A stretch of 64,000 bases of DNA, taken from the NCBI GenBank assembly GCA_047967505.1, contig CM106538.1. One strand, given 5' to 3'. The stretch is from Dipteris shenzhenensis (Eukaryota). The notes under the pieces were generated by a model. It was not told the origin of the DNA. It made no database searches and saw nothing but the letters and a program-made list of their open reading frames with translations. The translations under genes and the position numbers were made by a program. Positions within the stretch are counted from its first letter, which is position 1; every line of letters begins with the position of its first letter. Shown here in pieces: positions 63,331 to 64,000 of this stretch.

Positions 63331-64000
63331 CAATGCTTCTTCCTATTTTTGCATGAGGTGACCAGTGATGTAGACCAGTTTAGGGCCTTCACCATCTTCT
63401 ACTAGGTTCACTTCCTTGTCTTTAGCTTATCCTCTTTCAACACCTCTTTGGATGGTTGTTTGTCCTGGTTGGGGCCTCCTTGATCTTAGCATTGGTGGTT
63501 TTGACCTTTGGGGTCTCTTCCTTTTCCACATTAACAAATCTTACAAGGGCTTTTACTTGGCTTAGTAGTGGACCTTTAGCTCAATGAAAATTCATGTGAT
63601 GAATTTTGGTTCCTCTAACATACATAAGCCAATGTAGGTTAGATTTTAGCTTGACTTCGCCCTTCCTATTCTTAGAAGCCTTGAGCATGTTGATCATGTT
63701 AAGTGATGTCTTGCACCTTCTGACCAGGCGTAGCAATCTATGTTTCACTCTTCTTCAATATGTTTATGGTTGCAAGTATATGCATCCAATTGTGAGAGGA
63801 TTTGGATCTAGAAGTGGAGCATACCAATGATCATCCCGGTCCTCACCCTCGTCCCTCTCACTACATGCTTGGAATACATTAATTGAATTCAACCATTGAG
63901 TACTTTGGATAAAGAAATAGGCACCCTATAATGATCATTGTATTGTGTCACTTCCCAAATTTAATAGAAATCTTAGTACTTACTTGCACAGATTTTACCT

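Overview
Repeat-rich eukaryotic (plant) genomic DNA, most likely from a fern, judged from the LEAFY protein sequence. It holds two host genes. One is the 5' part of LEAFY/FLORICAULA (minus strand, exon 1 and part of exon 2, running off the left edge). The other is a complete 4-exon p24/emp24/GOLD cargo-receptor gene (p24beta type, plus strand, 39188-41324). The rest is mostly nested, decayed transposable elements. These include an endonuclease-carrying Helitron (Helentron/HLE2-type Rep-helicase-AP endonuclease) split by a chromodomain Ty3/gypsy element, with a divergent RPA70-like relic beside it, and a Sola2-like DDE transposase relic. There are at least five Ty1/copia copies, three with intact 5-bp TSDs, plus a gag-only LTR element (TSD ATATT) carrying two nested insertions, and several tandem and microsatellite repeats. 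The most notable observation is that the conserved LFY N-terminal MDPE-F motif is retained upstream of the first ATG, but with CTG in a strong Kozak context, suggesting non-AUG initiation. All motif and family calls are by eye without database searches, and relic boundaries are approximate.
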